Positions 27,601-38,194 of a DNA stretch of 64,000 nt are shown here, one piece after another; position 1 is the first letter of the stretch; each line of letters begins with the position of its first letter. The stretch is from positions 30,456 through 94,455 of the IMG/VR virus record IMGVR_UViG_3300027212_000006; one strand, given 5' to 3'. The DNA comes from a virus. Lineage: Duplodnaviria; Caudoviricetes. Made by a program: the position numbers and the translations under genes. The notes under the pieces were generated by a model. The model saw only the letters and a program-made list of their open reading frames with translations, had not been told where the DNA came from and searched no databases.

Positions 27601-30600
27601 TGGCGCAGCTTCAAAAAATACTTTAAAGAAGTAATCTAAAGTTGTATCATTATAAACTTCATCCCAAGATCCATCTAACTTAAAAGCTCTACCATTTGTG
27701 AATGGATTTGATAAATTGCTGAGTTTCCATTGAACAATAGAAATACCTGATGCTGCTAAAGTCTCAGTTATTACTAATGCATATGTAGTACCAGCAGTAG
27801 CAGTATATGCAAAATCAAATGTTACAAAACTAGAGTTGACTATATCTTCTGGATTGTAAATAGTACTTGAAACAGCAAGCTGGCTCAATGGAAGTCCTGA
27901 GCCATTTACAGAATAAATGTAAGCTCTTATTGTATTACCAGCAAATGATGTTGAGTATCTACTATCAGATGATAATTCTGTTTTGACTTTAAGATATACA
28001 GAGGCTTTAACTAGATCTACTTGTCCAACTCCAACCTTAAATGTTTGAGCTAAAGAACCACTAGCAGTTAATGAAACGCCTAAATTGACATTATTGTTTG
28101 GTCTACTTGTAAATGAAACTGCGGGGGTAATTAATCCATTTTCAAAACCAGGCTCATACCAAGTGTCACCATCGTCAATGCTATACCAGAGTCCATCTTC
28201 TGTAGCTGCTAACAAAACTTGATCAGATGTAATTGAACTGGTGAAAACTTTTAAATCATAAACCGCATAAGATGCTGAACTAATCTTTTCACATCTTTCA
28301 AATGTGTTTCCCTCGTCTAAGGATCTATAGACTCCATTATTAGTGCCAATAAATATTTTTGATTTTCCAGGTTCAGTGCCACCTGGTGATGCTTCAGAAT
28401 CTAAGGCATAACAATAGCAAGATATCCCAGATAGGTATTTATTTTCTATAATAAAATCTGGTGTAGCATCATCTGTCGGATCTAACCATCTCCAGTTTCG
28501 TACTTTTAAAACTCCATTGTTTGTAAGTATAAACATTGGAATTGGAGCTTTAGTTGATGGTGGAGTTGAAAGGGCTCTGAATATTCTATAATATTTGTAG
28601 TCTTCAACCTTTCCGCCAAACACTTCTCTGCCCTTTAAAAATGCAGTAAGATTAGTTCCAGAAGTTGCGCCATTAGTAACAGCAAATAATCCATTTTCAG
28701 CACAAACATACAATGCATCAATTTCAGATTGTTTTGAATTGCCTTGTGAATCAGTAGTAATCCTAATAAACTTATCTTGATATAAACCGTTTACTCTCTT
28801 TTTATCTACTAAAGTAAGGTGGTCAGATTGGAATGCACTTGCTCCTTCCGGGGTCCATACAAATGATAATCCATCTTCCTTTCCAAAAGCTTCATAAGTT
28901 CCACTAAACCAACTTCCTCTTAGATAATCAAATTGAGGCTGGTTGAAAGTTATATCCTCTGTCCAGTTTGATGATGTTGTTCCATACCATAAATTATTGT
29001 CAGTACCAGCATTCAAAGTTGATCCATTACTTTTAATGTAATAAACTCTAGAAGAATTACCTAAATCTGAAATCTGTTCCCAGCTATTTCCATAAACCCA
29101 AAGCCCCTGATCAGTACCAGCAAGCATGTTTGAGCCTGTAGCTGATGCATCATGTATAGAATAAATAGATTTTGGATTATTTGCTTTATCGTTTCCTGTT
29201 GGTATTAATCCAATATAGTCGTATGAAATTGAATTGGTGGTGTCAAATAACGCACTTGCATCAACATCAGAAACTAATGTTAAGTTCTTAAGGCCAGTTT
29301 CTTTTTCCACACTTTTTGCTGAAATTGTTGGGTATGGATCAAATGTAGTAGCATCATTCTTATATAGTTTTAAAGCTGCATGGGATGTATTAGCTACATC
29401 AACTGACTCATAATAGTAATGATGGCCTGATTGTTTTATTGAAATAAAATCTTGAATACCAGCATACTTTTTCGTTCTAACTGCATAAACTTCAGTATTA
29501 ATTGGAAAAACAACTGAACTTGTTCTAGGAGTAATATTATTTATGTATCTTTTATTTCTCTCATCATAAACAATGCTAACGATTACTTGCTCAGAAATTG
29601 CTGGTTTAACAGTGTTATTTCTAAACTCAAGAATATTCAAAGCTGTTTCTGTAATTGGTTTTTTAGTATAGAACAAAGATTCAGAAGCAGAATTAGATTT
29701 ACTTAAAAGAGTGAGAGGTGATGCATCCGCTACTAAATCCCTAATAGCTTCTTCATGATACGTTTCGCCAATATTTGTTAAAAAAGCTCCTTCTCTAACA
29801 ATAGTAATATAAACACTATTTATTTGAGATGCTTTTAAACTTTGAACAAACTGTATTTTGCCCAAAGAAGGAGTTAAAATATATGGAATAGTACTTGGAT
29901 TCTTGCCTACGTAAACCACTACTTTAGCATTAGTATCTGACCAAGGATCTACATAAAAGACACTGTAGTCTCTTTCGTAAAATAAGTTTTTACCATAGTC
30001 AGCAGTAGAATCCAATTGAATTAATTGATAAGGATAGTGTGTCGTAAAGTTATATTCTTGCACTAAGTCTTGGGCGTTAAATATTGAAACTTCATCTGTT
30101 TTTCTAAATGAAGTATATGGTCTTATCCATGGGTAATTGACACTAGCATTGGAATAATCAGAACTCCAAATGAAATCAGTAGAAGTGTAAACCCCTCTGT
30201 TTGTTCCAGCATAAATTAAACCTAAACCAGAATCGCTTGCTTCTTTTGAATAAACTGTATTAACTTCACCCTGTAACACTGATGACCAATATAGATCTCT
30301 TGATGTAGGGTTAATTCCAGGGCCAGAAGCATCAGTAACCAATCCAATGCCTTTAGTATGGCCAATTAAATATTCATAAGATCCAGAAACATTTCGTTTT
30401 GTAACACTTGTGATTGTAGATCCCAAGGCTGCAGTAGAAAATATTTTATATCTATTAATTTTCCAATTCAGTTCAGTTGTTCCATAAGTGACAGTTGATG
30501 TATCTTTATCTAAAAACCAAATACTGTCTGAGTTTTTAGTACCATTTAGTACCTTAAAATTATCACCAGCAGTTGGAACAGATGATACTCTTGACAAAAT

Positions 30601-33600
30601 CCAGTTAGCGCTTGAACTACCTAAAGTGCTAACATAGTAAACACCATTTTGTGCAGGGCTAGATTGGTTTTTAACTAAAACGGTTTGCCCAACTCCAGTG
30701 CTTGCAAAAGAATATCCATCAACAGAAAATGCAGTATTAGGATATCTAATAATATATGTTGTTGATGCTGTTGAACTTCCTGAGTAGCTGCTTGATAAAT
30801 ACAAACCAGCATCACTATTGATTGAATTGATGTTGTACCAAGTAGATACCAAAGATCCTAAAGTAGCTCCAATACCAATACTAGCTCCAGTGCCAGAATA
30901 TATTAAAAAGCTTGTCCCCGTGCCTGTAATAGAAGTAGATCCATTTGATGCTGAAATAGTTCCTAATGTATCTTCATCATATGGATTAAATGTTAGAGTA
31001 TGGGGTGAAGAAGCAGTGCTATAATTCGCTGATAATTTAGATACAGTGGCTGCTTTGACTGGGGTAGATGTTATAGTACCGAAGAGTGGGTGTTCCCAAT
31101 AAGTAGTAGAAGTCGTACCATCATCAGTTTCAACATATCTTGCTGAGTGTGAAATATAGGCATTCTGTTCTGTCCACCAAATTAAATCATTATTATTGAT
31201 ATTATTAGTGCCATTTTCAATCCAATATATCCCTTTAACACCCTCATTAAATACTCTAGTAATTAAACCGGAATTACCATAAAAAAGCCCTGTATTTCCA
31301 GAAGAAGCAGCAACATACAAAGTTCTATCATAGGTAATCTTTAATGATCCTTCTTTCTTTTCTGTTCTTCTAGTTGATATTTCTTTAATGTCTGAGATTG
31401 GCTTGACGTAGCTTAAAGTACTTCCATTTTCATCATAAATAGATTTTACTTTTGACCATGTCCAATCGTTTTCAGTCATTTTATCTGCTATGACTGCTGT
31501 GTAAAGTCCATCATCTGTACCATTGTAAGAATTATATGTGTAATTATATTTCCCAGTAAATCTACCAGCTTTGTCATATATTTCTTCTCTATCTGAAGAA
31601 ATATAGAATGAGGTAGTCTTTATAGCTGGTATTGTTGAATCTATAGGATTTTTAACTACGGTCCAATTATCACCAAAGTCTACAGTAGTCCAAATCCTGC
31701 CTTCTTTAGTAAGTACATATGCTGTCTTAAAATAATTGACATTTTCTGGCCTTAATATGTTATCAATAAAGTATTTAACTTGCCCTCTATCAATATTCCA
31801 ACCAGTTAAATATGACCCAGTTGAAAGATCTGTAGACGATAAAAAGCCTCTCTTGTTTCCAACCAAATATTTAGTTGTTTCTACATTTAGAGATTTATCA
31901 ATATAAAATATTTCAGAGGTGTTTTGTAAATCAGAAGATGGTATTTCAGTATAGAAGTATGTATGATTGCCTTCTGCAAATAATCTTTTTGATGGAATTA
32001 AAGATGCTTTTTCCTTATATCTATTTAAACCAATGTGATCTAAATTATATATTCTTTTTGGATCAAGAGTGCCAGAATTAAAAGAAGAAGCATCAATATC
32101 TTTTAATCTTTTTCCAGATAATTTGTCATCAATTTCTCTACCTACAGCTTCAATAACAACACTCACATCAGAATAATCAAAAGTCTCCAAATCAATTAAA
32201 GAAGATTTGAAAGAAAGCTCTGCAGAAAATGGTTTTATTTCGTAATAATCGCTGTCAACAAGAGTGTCATTTATATAAACTGAAGCTGGTAAGTAATCTG
32301 CATCTGACCATATAGTTCTGTTGTAATATGTAGTTTTTGTATTGGTATTTGCATCTGTAACTGTTGTAGTGCTACCATCAGACAAATATATACTATAACC
32401 AGCAACAATATTTCCAGTTAATAAAGATCCATAAGATTTATTTGTAGAATTGAGGCTGATGGCTTGCAATGCTTTTTGAGGCGACTTTGGCAAAAACACC
32501 TGAAGTTTATCAGTGGAAAGTATGTTATTTTTAAGTGAAAGGCGTGATGAGGATAAGTTTAAACTATATTGAGATGTGTCTAATTTAACATCATTAAGTC
32601 TTACTTCAGGGATACCGTAAAATCCAATTGTCTTTCCAGTTCCAGAAGAAGTGGAAGTTGGTTTGAAATTATCATTTGATTGAATGACAAAGATATTTGA
32701 AGCATAATTTAAAGAACCATTTGATTCTATTGGTAGAGCGTCTAGAACGACTCTTGTAGACAAATCTATTTTTGATGGATTGTTCTCTCCTCCAGCATGA
32801 ACGTGCTTGTAAAAACTCTTTCTTAAAGCTTTTTGAAATGAACCAGAAAAGTTTTTCAAGTCATTTCTACTATCAGAATAAGTAATTTCATCAACCACAT
32901 ATGTATCGAGCTGAATAGAATAATCTGAATCAACTTTATTGAATGTACTAACTTCAGCTAAATAAATTGCATCGTTTTGTAAATAGTATTCATCGTCAGG
33001 AATTGAAGGTGATGTAATGGCGCAGATACCTTCAGATTGTAAACAAATGCTTGGTTCTGCCCATACATAATAAGTATTGTTTCCAATGTATCTGAAGTAA
33101 TTATATTTTAATGTTTTGGCAGAAAAAGTGCTTACAATTCCGTTACCATGTGTGACTAAAACACACTGCTCAAATGCATTAATAAAATAAAGGTTTGAAG
33201 TTCCTAAAATAAAACTTGTTTCAACTCCAGCTGCCTTCCAAGAAGCGAGCCATAAAGTTTGCTTGTGCTTATTTCCAGTCTTGACATAAACAAGAAAATT
33301 TGAATTAAAATCACTGTTATTGTTAAGTTCGGAAGCTCTAGCCCATGCAGAAGCGCTAACTACATAAACGCCATTTTGGCTTTCATCACTTTGTAATCTA
33401 ACTAAAACTCTATCTCCAACAATGCAACTTATGCCGTCTATTGTTTGAGTGCCAGAAAGTGTAATATTTTCAGTTGTTGCAGCTACACAATATCTTTTTT
33501 GTGCGGAAGTTTCACGAGTAAAATTAAGATTTAAATATGTAAGCCTTTGGCCTAATTCGCTCTCAAAGTTTTCTAAATAAGCATCAATTAACAAGAGCTG

Positions 33601-33783
33601 ATTTTCTCTATAATCAGATAACTTATATACATCCCAGCCTTCAATAATTCCAGGACCAACAAACTTAAACATAGCTTCAAGCTGATTTTCAGCAGTGAGC
33701 ATATTTTCTTTGTCAAAACCTGGATACCATTTATCTCCATACTGAAGATATAGGTAATTATATATATTTGTTCGTTGAGCCAT
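24613..33783 (-). CDS. Giant multidomain tail fibre/adhesin (3056 aa)
   Basis: Two fibre modules (GDRVLVRLQ..NGVY; TVLVKNQ..NGVY), HVH motif, Asp-box repeats (SLDEGNTF, SIDDGDTW), about 6 VxxN..Y..P..G.I.F repeats, a vWA domain with MIDAS (DDSTS) and C-terminal Ig-like domains. Confidence 0.8.
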   Translation of the reverse strand: MAQRTNIYNYLYLQYGDKWYPGFDKENMLTAENQLEAMFKFVGPGIIEGWDVYKLSDYRENQLLLIDAYLENFESELGQRLTYLNLNFTRETSAQKRYCVAATTENITLSGTQTIDGISCIVGDRVLVRLQSDESQNGVYVVSASAWARASELNNNSDFNSNFLVYVKTGNKHKQTLWLASWKAAGVETSFILGTSNLYFINAFEQCVLVTHGNGIVSTFSAKTLKYNYFRYIGNNTYYVWAEPSICLQSEGICAITSPSIPDDEYYLQNDAIYLAEVSTFNKVDSDYSIQLDTYVVDEITYSDSRNDLKNFSGSFQKALRKSFYKHVHAGGENNPSKIDLSTRVVLDALPIESNGSLNYASNIFVIQSNDNFKPTSTSSGTGKTIGFYGIPEVRLNDVKLDTSQYSLNLSSSRLSLKNNILSTDKLQVFLPKSPQKALQAISLNSTNKSYGSLLTGNIVAGYSIYLSDGSTTTVTDANTNTKTTYYNRTIWSDADYLPASVYINDTLVDSDYYEIKPFSAELSFKSSLIDLETFDYSDVSVVIEAVGREIDDKLSGKRLKDIDASSFNSGTLDPKRIYNLDHIGLNRYKEKASLIPSKRLFAEGNHTYFYTEIPSSDLQNTSEIFYIDKSLNVETTKYLVGNKRGFLSSTDLSTGSYLTGWNIDRGQVKYFIDNILRPENVNYFKTAYVLTKEGRIWTTVDFGDNWTVVKNPIDSTIPAIKTTSFYISSDREEIYDKAGRFTGKYNYTYNSYNGTDDGLYTAVIADKMTENDWTWSKVKSIYDENGSTLSYVKPISDIKEISTRRTEKKEGSLKITYDRTLYVAASSGNTGLFYGNSGLITRVFNEGVKGIYWIENGTNNINNNDLIWWTEQNAYISHSARYVETDDGTTSTTYWEHPLFGTITSTPVKAATVSKLSANYSTASSPHTLTFNPYDEDTLGTISASNGSTSITGTGTSFLIYSGTGASIGIGATLGSLVSTWYNINSINSDAGLYLSSSYSGSSTASTTYIIRYPNTAFSVDGYSFASTGVGQTVLVKNQSSPAQNGVYYVSTLGSSSANWILSRVSSVPTAGDNFKVLNGTKNSDSIWFLDKDTSTVTYGTTELNWKINRYKIFSTAALGSTITSVTKRNVSGSYEYLIGHTKGIGLVTDASGPGINPTSRDLYWSSVLQGEVNTVYSKEASDSGLGLIYAGTNRGVYTSTDFIWSSDYSNASVNYPWIRPYTSFRKTDEVSIFNAQDLVQEYNFTTHYPYQLIQLDSTADYGKNLFYERDYSVFYVDPWSDTNAKVVVYVGKNPSTIPYILTPSLGKIQFVQSLKASQINSVYITIVREGAFLTNIGETYHEEAIRDLVADASPLTLLSKSNSASESLFYTKKPITETALNILEFRNNTVKPAISEQVIVSIVYDERNKRYINNITPRTSSVVFPINTEVYAVRTKKYAGIQDFISIKQSGHHYYYESVDVANTSHAALKLYKNDATTFDPYPTISAKSVEKETGLKNLTLVSDVDASALFDTTNSISYDYIGLIPTGNDKANNPKSIYSIHDASATGSNMLAGTDQGLWVYGNSWEQISDLGNSSRVYYIKSNGSTLNAGTDNNLWYGTTSSNWTEDITFNQPQFDYLRGSWFSGTYEAFGKEDGLSFVWTPEGASAFQSDHLTLVDKKRVNGLYQDKFIRITTDSQGNSKQSEIDALYVCAENGLFAVTNGATSGTNLTAFLKGREVFGGKVEDYKYYRIFRALSTPPSTKAPIPMFILTNNGVLKVRNWRWLDPTDDATPDFIIENKYLSGISCYCYALDSEASPGGTEPGKSKIFIGTNNGVYRSLDEGNTFERCEKISSASYAVYDLKVFTSSITSDQVLLAATEDGLWYSIDDGDTWYEPGFENGLITPAVSFTSRPNNNVNLGVSLTASGSLAQTFKVGVGQVDLVKASVYLKVKTELSSDSRYSTSFAGNTIRAYIYSVNGSGLPLSQLAVSSTIYNPEDIVNSSFVTFDFAYTATAGTTYALVITETLAASGISIVQWKLSNLSNPFTNGRAFKLDGSWDEVYNDTTLDYFFKVFFEAAPTPTDTAIPVGAYYSGSGATSFDWVNGTGSGVLVKDIGHLTTDLKFATSLVFDDSTSIKSSFGSTQYVYTIKDFFDTFITRNKKYVAGIGTTLFTTYFDFWQYGSSVTQKTTGYESSQTELNTNLLSLKQKGTKSELVEAVALSIVGLSPQSISESILKSNDETNNVSRVNLIVGYLTQIGALGLDSLRDWYKTSSDKQVTLGLWAGSAVTNPTVYLSKSSTGSTYKWSSSTYPDVEVVVSGVTRTTNYTVSPTNGSVVFASGYGVTSGDSLEVYLRQDWDGSSSDIKNSDTARTELIRKWSETYKPLSMVFADGDNISTDLASDVVTTAQTSWLETGVNINSFGFGRASDQRELQTLSIDTDGNYFDILNGADNGDLENSLNSFLHGQANDLYTASWVRDFEYTDPIYIKELHSSYSAASGSTCSVQFRWSSNRKDYSTWITLNSGVGYTFRKQITNLEYKVNMTEGYSAGTTVRPVVTSLYHVETSPSERYYFTDAYDIKGSIFEYNLTSNSTVPDTSKLQWGICRGDSTDWADYELIFTNRNGCLSNRQKTFQYLDQVVYNSENGLLLQDTTGLDEQGAPLTPQIFQTYLNGTKFKNWRSDAIVTLTLASGDIISPITYKTDYKLGTITFEIPLFELPTVEIVYPELQNFYEGEPTTTVDNRTFFAVNGRWPADSQLVVLKNGVINRGNYFVNREDGAVTFVQELERTDIVTLFILPSNKFRIGLLVQDYDDAVANTYDFALQYSVVKNRNVFSSYLNSTLPNLTGKPKIISMSSIGSSISVLERMILDYEYNSPDGNRERNTQTKWFRYREVSGSGTTVEVFTTNSLPNYRNRTVQRLEDLDEANNYFLAGDVIYAEVSPSDGFKTGIAVTSTSVILAGNYVPYASNIVLTSNDPTKPITLDSSTLIYSMPVGPNIVLSYDYYDGSSGSPTTINNQTALAWFDKDKQISISEPNTTLDASLFAKGSQISVSLLPSNGANTGLKVFSYQVQIV

Positions 33784-33785
33784 AA

Positions 33786-36700
33786 TTACAATTCGGGCAT
33801 AAAGTTCATATCTTCATCACCAGCATCAAGTTGAACAGCAAAGTCATAGACGATTGAAGGATCGCCGTCTATGGATGTTAACAAGATAGCAAACTTGATT
33901 GTGGAAGATGGTGTTTCAAGTTCAAATGACTTGTTAGGTTCGATGATTGTGTATCTTGCAAAATCATACTTATAACCATCTCTGTCATCAGTTGTATACC
34001 CATAAACAATTTCTCCATCCTTCTTATCTTGGTTTGATGTCAACAAGCCTCTTCTAAATGTAGGTACAGGAGATGTTGTACTGTAATCTGTAGAATCAAA
34101 TGTCTTAGTAAAGAAATATGATCCTGTTGCTGCTGAGTAAGAAACAGTAACTGCTAAGACTTCAGGTGAGTCACCTTGAGTTGCAGTTACAAGCTCAAGA
34201 TAGAATTGTAAGAACTTGCCACTGTAAGCCTGTAGATCAATGGATAAAGTCTCTGCAGAAGCTGGAGCTGTTGAATTATTGATGTATGATTTAGAATAAG
34301 CACTGGACCAATCTGCAAGCAAACATGCAGCAGAAGAATCTGCTGTTCTAACATATACATTAACCTCAGTTCCGGCATCTAAGCCTAAAGCAGAGTTTAG
34401 ATTATATTTATTCAAAACAAGAACTGACATTGTGTCCCATCTTGTCAAAGTCGGAACATAGAATGGTCTGCTTACATAATTACCTGTAGATCTAACCCTT
34501 CTCTTAGGTGAGTAAATCGTGTCTAAAGTGCCAGATTTATAAGTTATAGGATCAACTGTAGAACTCATTGCTGGCTTGACTTGATAAATGACTGTTGTAG
34601 TTTTGGTTGTAATTGTTCCGCCACCACCGTCTGCAGGGTTGATATTTAATGTTCCTGTATAGACTTCGTCGCTAAGTGTTGCAGTAACTGTTGTGCTTGT
34701 TATTGTACTAGCAATAGTATTTGGAACAGTAATTGTAAATGGATCTGAAGACCTAAATCCAGCATCTACAGTAACACTTGTAACTGCTGATGTTGAATTA
34801 CCATCTGTAGTGATTGTGAATACTGATGTTGTTGCTTTTGCTTCTGCAATGGTTAAAACTGCTTCAGAAGTATTGCCAGCTGTAATTTTCACTGGAGTAA
34901 AGGTAATTTTTCCAGTTCCTATTATAATATCATCTTCGCCTCCTTGTTCTTCAGCGCCAAGGATAATATAGTCATCTAGCGAAGCATACGGAATACTACC
35001 GTCCTCAAGTTGGTAATTATGATAGTTGCCAGCTTCATCTTTCAATCTTACATAAGTATACTTTTTATTACTTTCATAAAAAGAAGGACTGAATGTGTAA
35101 GAAAAACCATCTAAAGAAGACCCAACATAATTGTTAACTACATTGGAAATTGATGTAATATTTGTTGGTCTATAAATTACCGTATTTGGCACTACGTCCA
35201 TAGATCCAAAATCTGTTGCATTATCCTTCCATAGTAAACTAAATGTAGGGGTTATACCTCCAGATATTTCCTTGACAGCTAATTCCAATTTAACTTTATA
35301 TAATTGTTCTTCAACAAACTCTACTGTGCTAGTAGAATAATAATCAGTAGTAGTATTTGTAGTAATATTGTTTTCAGTAGTCCATAAAGACGCTGGTGTC
35401 AATACATTTTCATCTATAGTTAATCTTGCCGGTGAGTTTGTTTTAAGAAGAAATTGATAGTTTGTAGTATCAGGAGACTTAATCAAAAAATCTAAAGTAG
35501 CAGTATAATACGATGAACCTATTCCAGAAGGTTTAAGCGTATTAAAATTAACAGTGCTCAATGCACTTTGAAGTGTTTGCCTTTGGATTAAAGAAAAATC
35601 TCTGTCATTTTTATAATCAGTTGAGCCTGCTGCAGCAAATTGTTTATAGGTTAAATTAGAATAGTTTTCAGTATTTTTTGGAAATACACCCTCGTACCAT
35701 ATATCTAGGTTTTTGACATAAACATGGAAGCTGTCAGATAAAGAAACAAACAGAAACTTACCTGAAGTATCATCACTAATATTAACAATTTCAGAATCAG
35801 TACCAAACTCATTCAAAGAAACCCATGAAGAAGGGTTTGAATTAGAATCATATGTAAGTTTGTATACTGTACCATTACTAAATCCAGCAACAATTGTGTC
35901 AAGAGCTGTAGAGTAAACCATTGATAGAGTTTCGTCAAAGCCAGAAGGGTTGTCTATATTATTTATGTCTGCTCCATCAAAAGTGTAAACATTTCCATCA
36001 GCACTTCCAGTAAGTCCAGATGTTGCAATATAAAGTAAGCCCTTATTAGTAGCTAAAAGTGAAACTTTATTTTCAGTAAATGAATTAGAAACTAAAATAA
36101 TTCTTTTATCTTGGTACTTATATAGCGAAGCATTTTTTAACGTTGTTTTTTTAGTGCCAATATATAAAGAACCAGCATGAGAAATCAGTGCTGTAATAGG
36201 CGGTAATAAAACTCGAGTTGAAGTGTCTAATGGATTTTTAGTGTTAACAATTGTCCAATAGTCTCCTCTGGAAGATTGTAATAAATATCCCAATCTTGTT
36301 CCAGCATAGATGATAGAGTTATGGACAGTAGTACATAAAATAGTATCACCAGCAGCTAAAGATGTATTGGTTGCATTCCTAATTATTGATCCTTGAGAAA
36401 CATTTATTTCATTATCACCAAAAATAGCAGCCTGGTTTGATGATGGTGAAGTTAACAGCTTAGGCTGACCGAATGTGATTCCTGAATGCTTTTGCCATAA
36501 TCCAGCTTCGTTTGTTACATTCCAATTGTAAACTGTTGAACCTTCGGTAAAAGGCGCCCAACCCCTAGGATTGGACCCTGTGAAATCATCAGCATCTCTA
36601 AAATCAGAAAAATGAGAAACTTGAACTTCAGTTACATCAGACCAATCATCAATACCAGCAATAGTTAAAGTGCCACCAGTTCTTTGAAGAGTGTTGTAGT

Positions 36701-38189
36701 CACCCTTGTATACAACTCTAATATTTGAGAGCCTTGTAGATGTCGTGAACTTGTACCTAATAAAATCAATGGTTGTAACATCTGATACATTTATAAATAA
36801 TGTTTGCCACTTAGCTGTAGGAGCTGTTTTTATTTCAACACTATAATTTTTAGAGACAGAAGAAGTTACACCAATATCTATCGCACTGACCAAAGGATAT
36901 AGATAAGTTTGACTATCTGGAGTAAAATACATATTCAAAATATATGCATCCCCAGAGCCTATCCTTTCGTATTTTGATACATTTGAAGAACCACCAAAGT
37001 TAGTAGCCTCATAAAGATTTTTGCCCAGAATGTCTTGAGCCATTATAGTATTAGATATAGCTGAACCATCTTTAAATGAGCTTACAAAACCAAGATAACC
37101 CACTTGCTTGGCTGTTAGTCTTCTCCAAACATTACTTTCAAAAACTGCATAACTATAATCGTCACTTGCCTTTACTGGTATTTGGATACTTCCAGCAGAA
37201 GTAACACCAGACTTTATAATTGTTTCAAATGACAAAACTACCCAATAAATAGCTTGTGCATCTAAAGTCACAGGTAAAGTTGGAGTAATTGTAAAGTCTT
37301 GATATGAAGCACTTAATTGATCATATTGAATAAATCCAATATCTTTAATTTTATTATTTGGAATGTCGCCAGTGGTATTTGAATAAAGCGAAATTGTAAC
37401 TCGACCTGCAGTATTACCAATTGCAGGATCAGAACCAGTTTGAGTATATTTCATTCTTAAAATAAAAGACTTAACTACTTGACTGGTACTAGATAAAAAT
37501 TGCCAACCTTCCACGGACGCTGAAGTAAGTAGTAAAGTTCTATCTGAAAAACCGCTAGTACTAGTATCTACAGGGGCATAAGCTGAAAATGTTCTTACTT
37601 CAATTCCATCATCTGAATTGATTTTGTCATTTACAATAATAAGTCCATCTGGTGGTGTAGTATCTAATATAACTTCGGCAGATGGGTATGCTAATTCTCT
37701 TTTGAATATATCTGTGTCATCAGTAAAAAACGTATTTGAATTACCAATATTTTGTTCACCAGAATCTAATGCATTATTCCAATCAACAGCATCAAAATAA
37801 AGTGGATCATACTCACTTACATTATTAGTAATATCAATTGCATTAAAGCTACTTACTGCTGTTGTATCTGTGTCTGTTAAATTACCACTAAAATATTTAA
37901 TAGACACAGTGTCATCAGAATTAATTTTTACATAAGTTTTAAGTTTTATGGTTGATTGCTCTACTTCAGTTCCAGTGGGGTTTAAAACTGTTGCAGATTT
38001 AACGCTTACAATTACATCATTAACATAAATATGAAACCCGGCTACTCCCGTAGATGGAAGTAATGGCAAGGTTACAATACCAGATAAAGCTACATAAATT
38101 GTATATCCATCTGAAAGCACATAGGTATTACTTGTATCTAATGCTACTGTAAATGCCTTAAAATCTTGACTTGGGTTATTATCTTCCAT
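33786..38189 (-). CDS. Large virion protein with SwmB-like, beta-propeller and PA14-like domains
   Basis: N-terminal SwmB-like repeat; propeller blades (IYAGT, LYIGT, LYIAT); PA14-like segment (LIKSPDTTNYQFLL...ARLTID...YKVKLE...LLWK). Confidence 0.7.
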   Translation of the reverse strand: MEDNNPSQDFKAFTVALDTSNTYVLSDGYTIYVALSGIVTLPLLPSTGVAGFHIYVNDVIVSVKSATVLNPTGTEVEQSTIKLKTYVKINSDDTVSIKYFSGNLTDTDTTAVSSFNAIDITNNVSEYDPLYFDAVDWNNALDSGEQNIGNSNTFFTDDTDIFKRELAYPSAEVILDTTPPDGLIIVNDKINSDDGIEVRTFSAYAPVDTSTSGFSDRTLLLTSASVEGWQFLSSTSQVVKSFILRMKYTQTGSDPAIGNTAGRVTISLYSNTTGDIPNNKIKDIGFIQYDQLSASYQDFTITPTLPVTLDAQAIYWVVLSFETIIKSGVTSAGSIQIPVKASDDYSYAVFESNVWRRLTAKQVGYLGFVSSFKDGSAISNTIMAQDILGKNLYEATNFGGSSNVSKYERIGSGDAYILNMYFTPDSQTYLYPLVSAIDIGVTSSVSKNYSVEIKTAPTAKWQTLFINVSDVTTIDFIRYKFTTSTRLSNIRVVYKGDYNTLQRTGGTLTIAGIDDWSDVTEVQVSHFSDFRDADDFTGSNPRGWAPFTEGSTVYNWNVTNEAGLWQKHSGITFGQPKLLTSPSSNQAAIFGDNEINVSQGSIIRNATNTSLAAGDTILCTTVHNSIIYAGTRLGYLLQSSRGDYWTIVNTKNPLDTSTRVLLPPITALISHAGSLYIGTKKTTLKNASLYKYQDKRIILVSNSFTENKVSLLATNKGLLYIATSGLTGSADGNVYTFDGADINNIDNPSGFDETLSMVYSTALDTIVAGFSNGTVYKLTYDSNSNPSSWVSLNEFGTDSEIVNISDDTSGKFLFVSLSDSFHVYVKNLDIWYEGVFPKNTENYSNLTYKQFAAAGSTDYKNDRDFSLIQRQTLQSALSTVNFNTLKPSGIGSSYYTATLDFLIKSPDTTNYQFLLKTNSPARLTIDENVLTPASLWTTENNITTNTTTDYYSTSTVEFVEEQLYKVKLELAVKEISGGITPTFSLLWKDNATDFGSMDVVPNTVIYRPTNITSISNVVNNYVGSSLDGFSYTFSPSFYESNKKYTYVRLKDEAGNYHNYQLEDGSIPYASLDDYIILGAEEQGGEDDIIIGTGKITFTPVKITAGNTSEAVLTIAEAKATTSVFTITTDGNSTSAVTSVTVDAGFRSSDPFTITVPNTIASTITSTTVTATLSDEVYTGTLNINPADGGGGTITTKTTTVIYQVKPAMSSTVDPITYKSGTLDTIYSPKRRVRSTGNYVSRPFYVPTLTRWDTMSVLVLNKYNLNSALGLDAGTEVNVYVRTADSSAACLLADWSSAYSKSYINNSTAPASAETLSIDLQAYSGKFLQFYLELVTATQGDSPEVLAVTVSYSAATGSYFFTKTFDSTDYSTTSPVPTFRRGLLTSNQDKKDGEIVYGYTTDDRDGYKYDFARYTIIEPNKSFELETPSSTIKFAILLTSIDGDPSIVYDFAVQLDAGDEDMNFMPEL

Positions 38190-38194
38190 TATGC

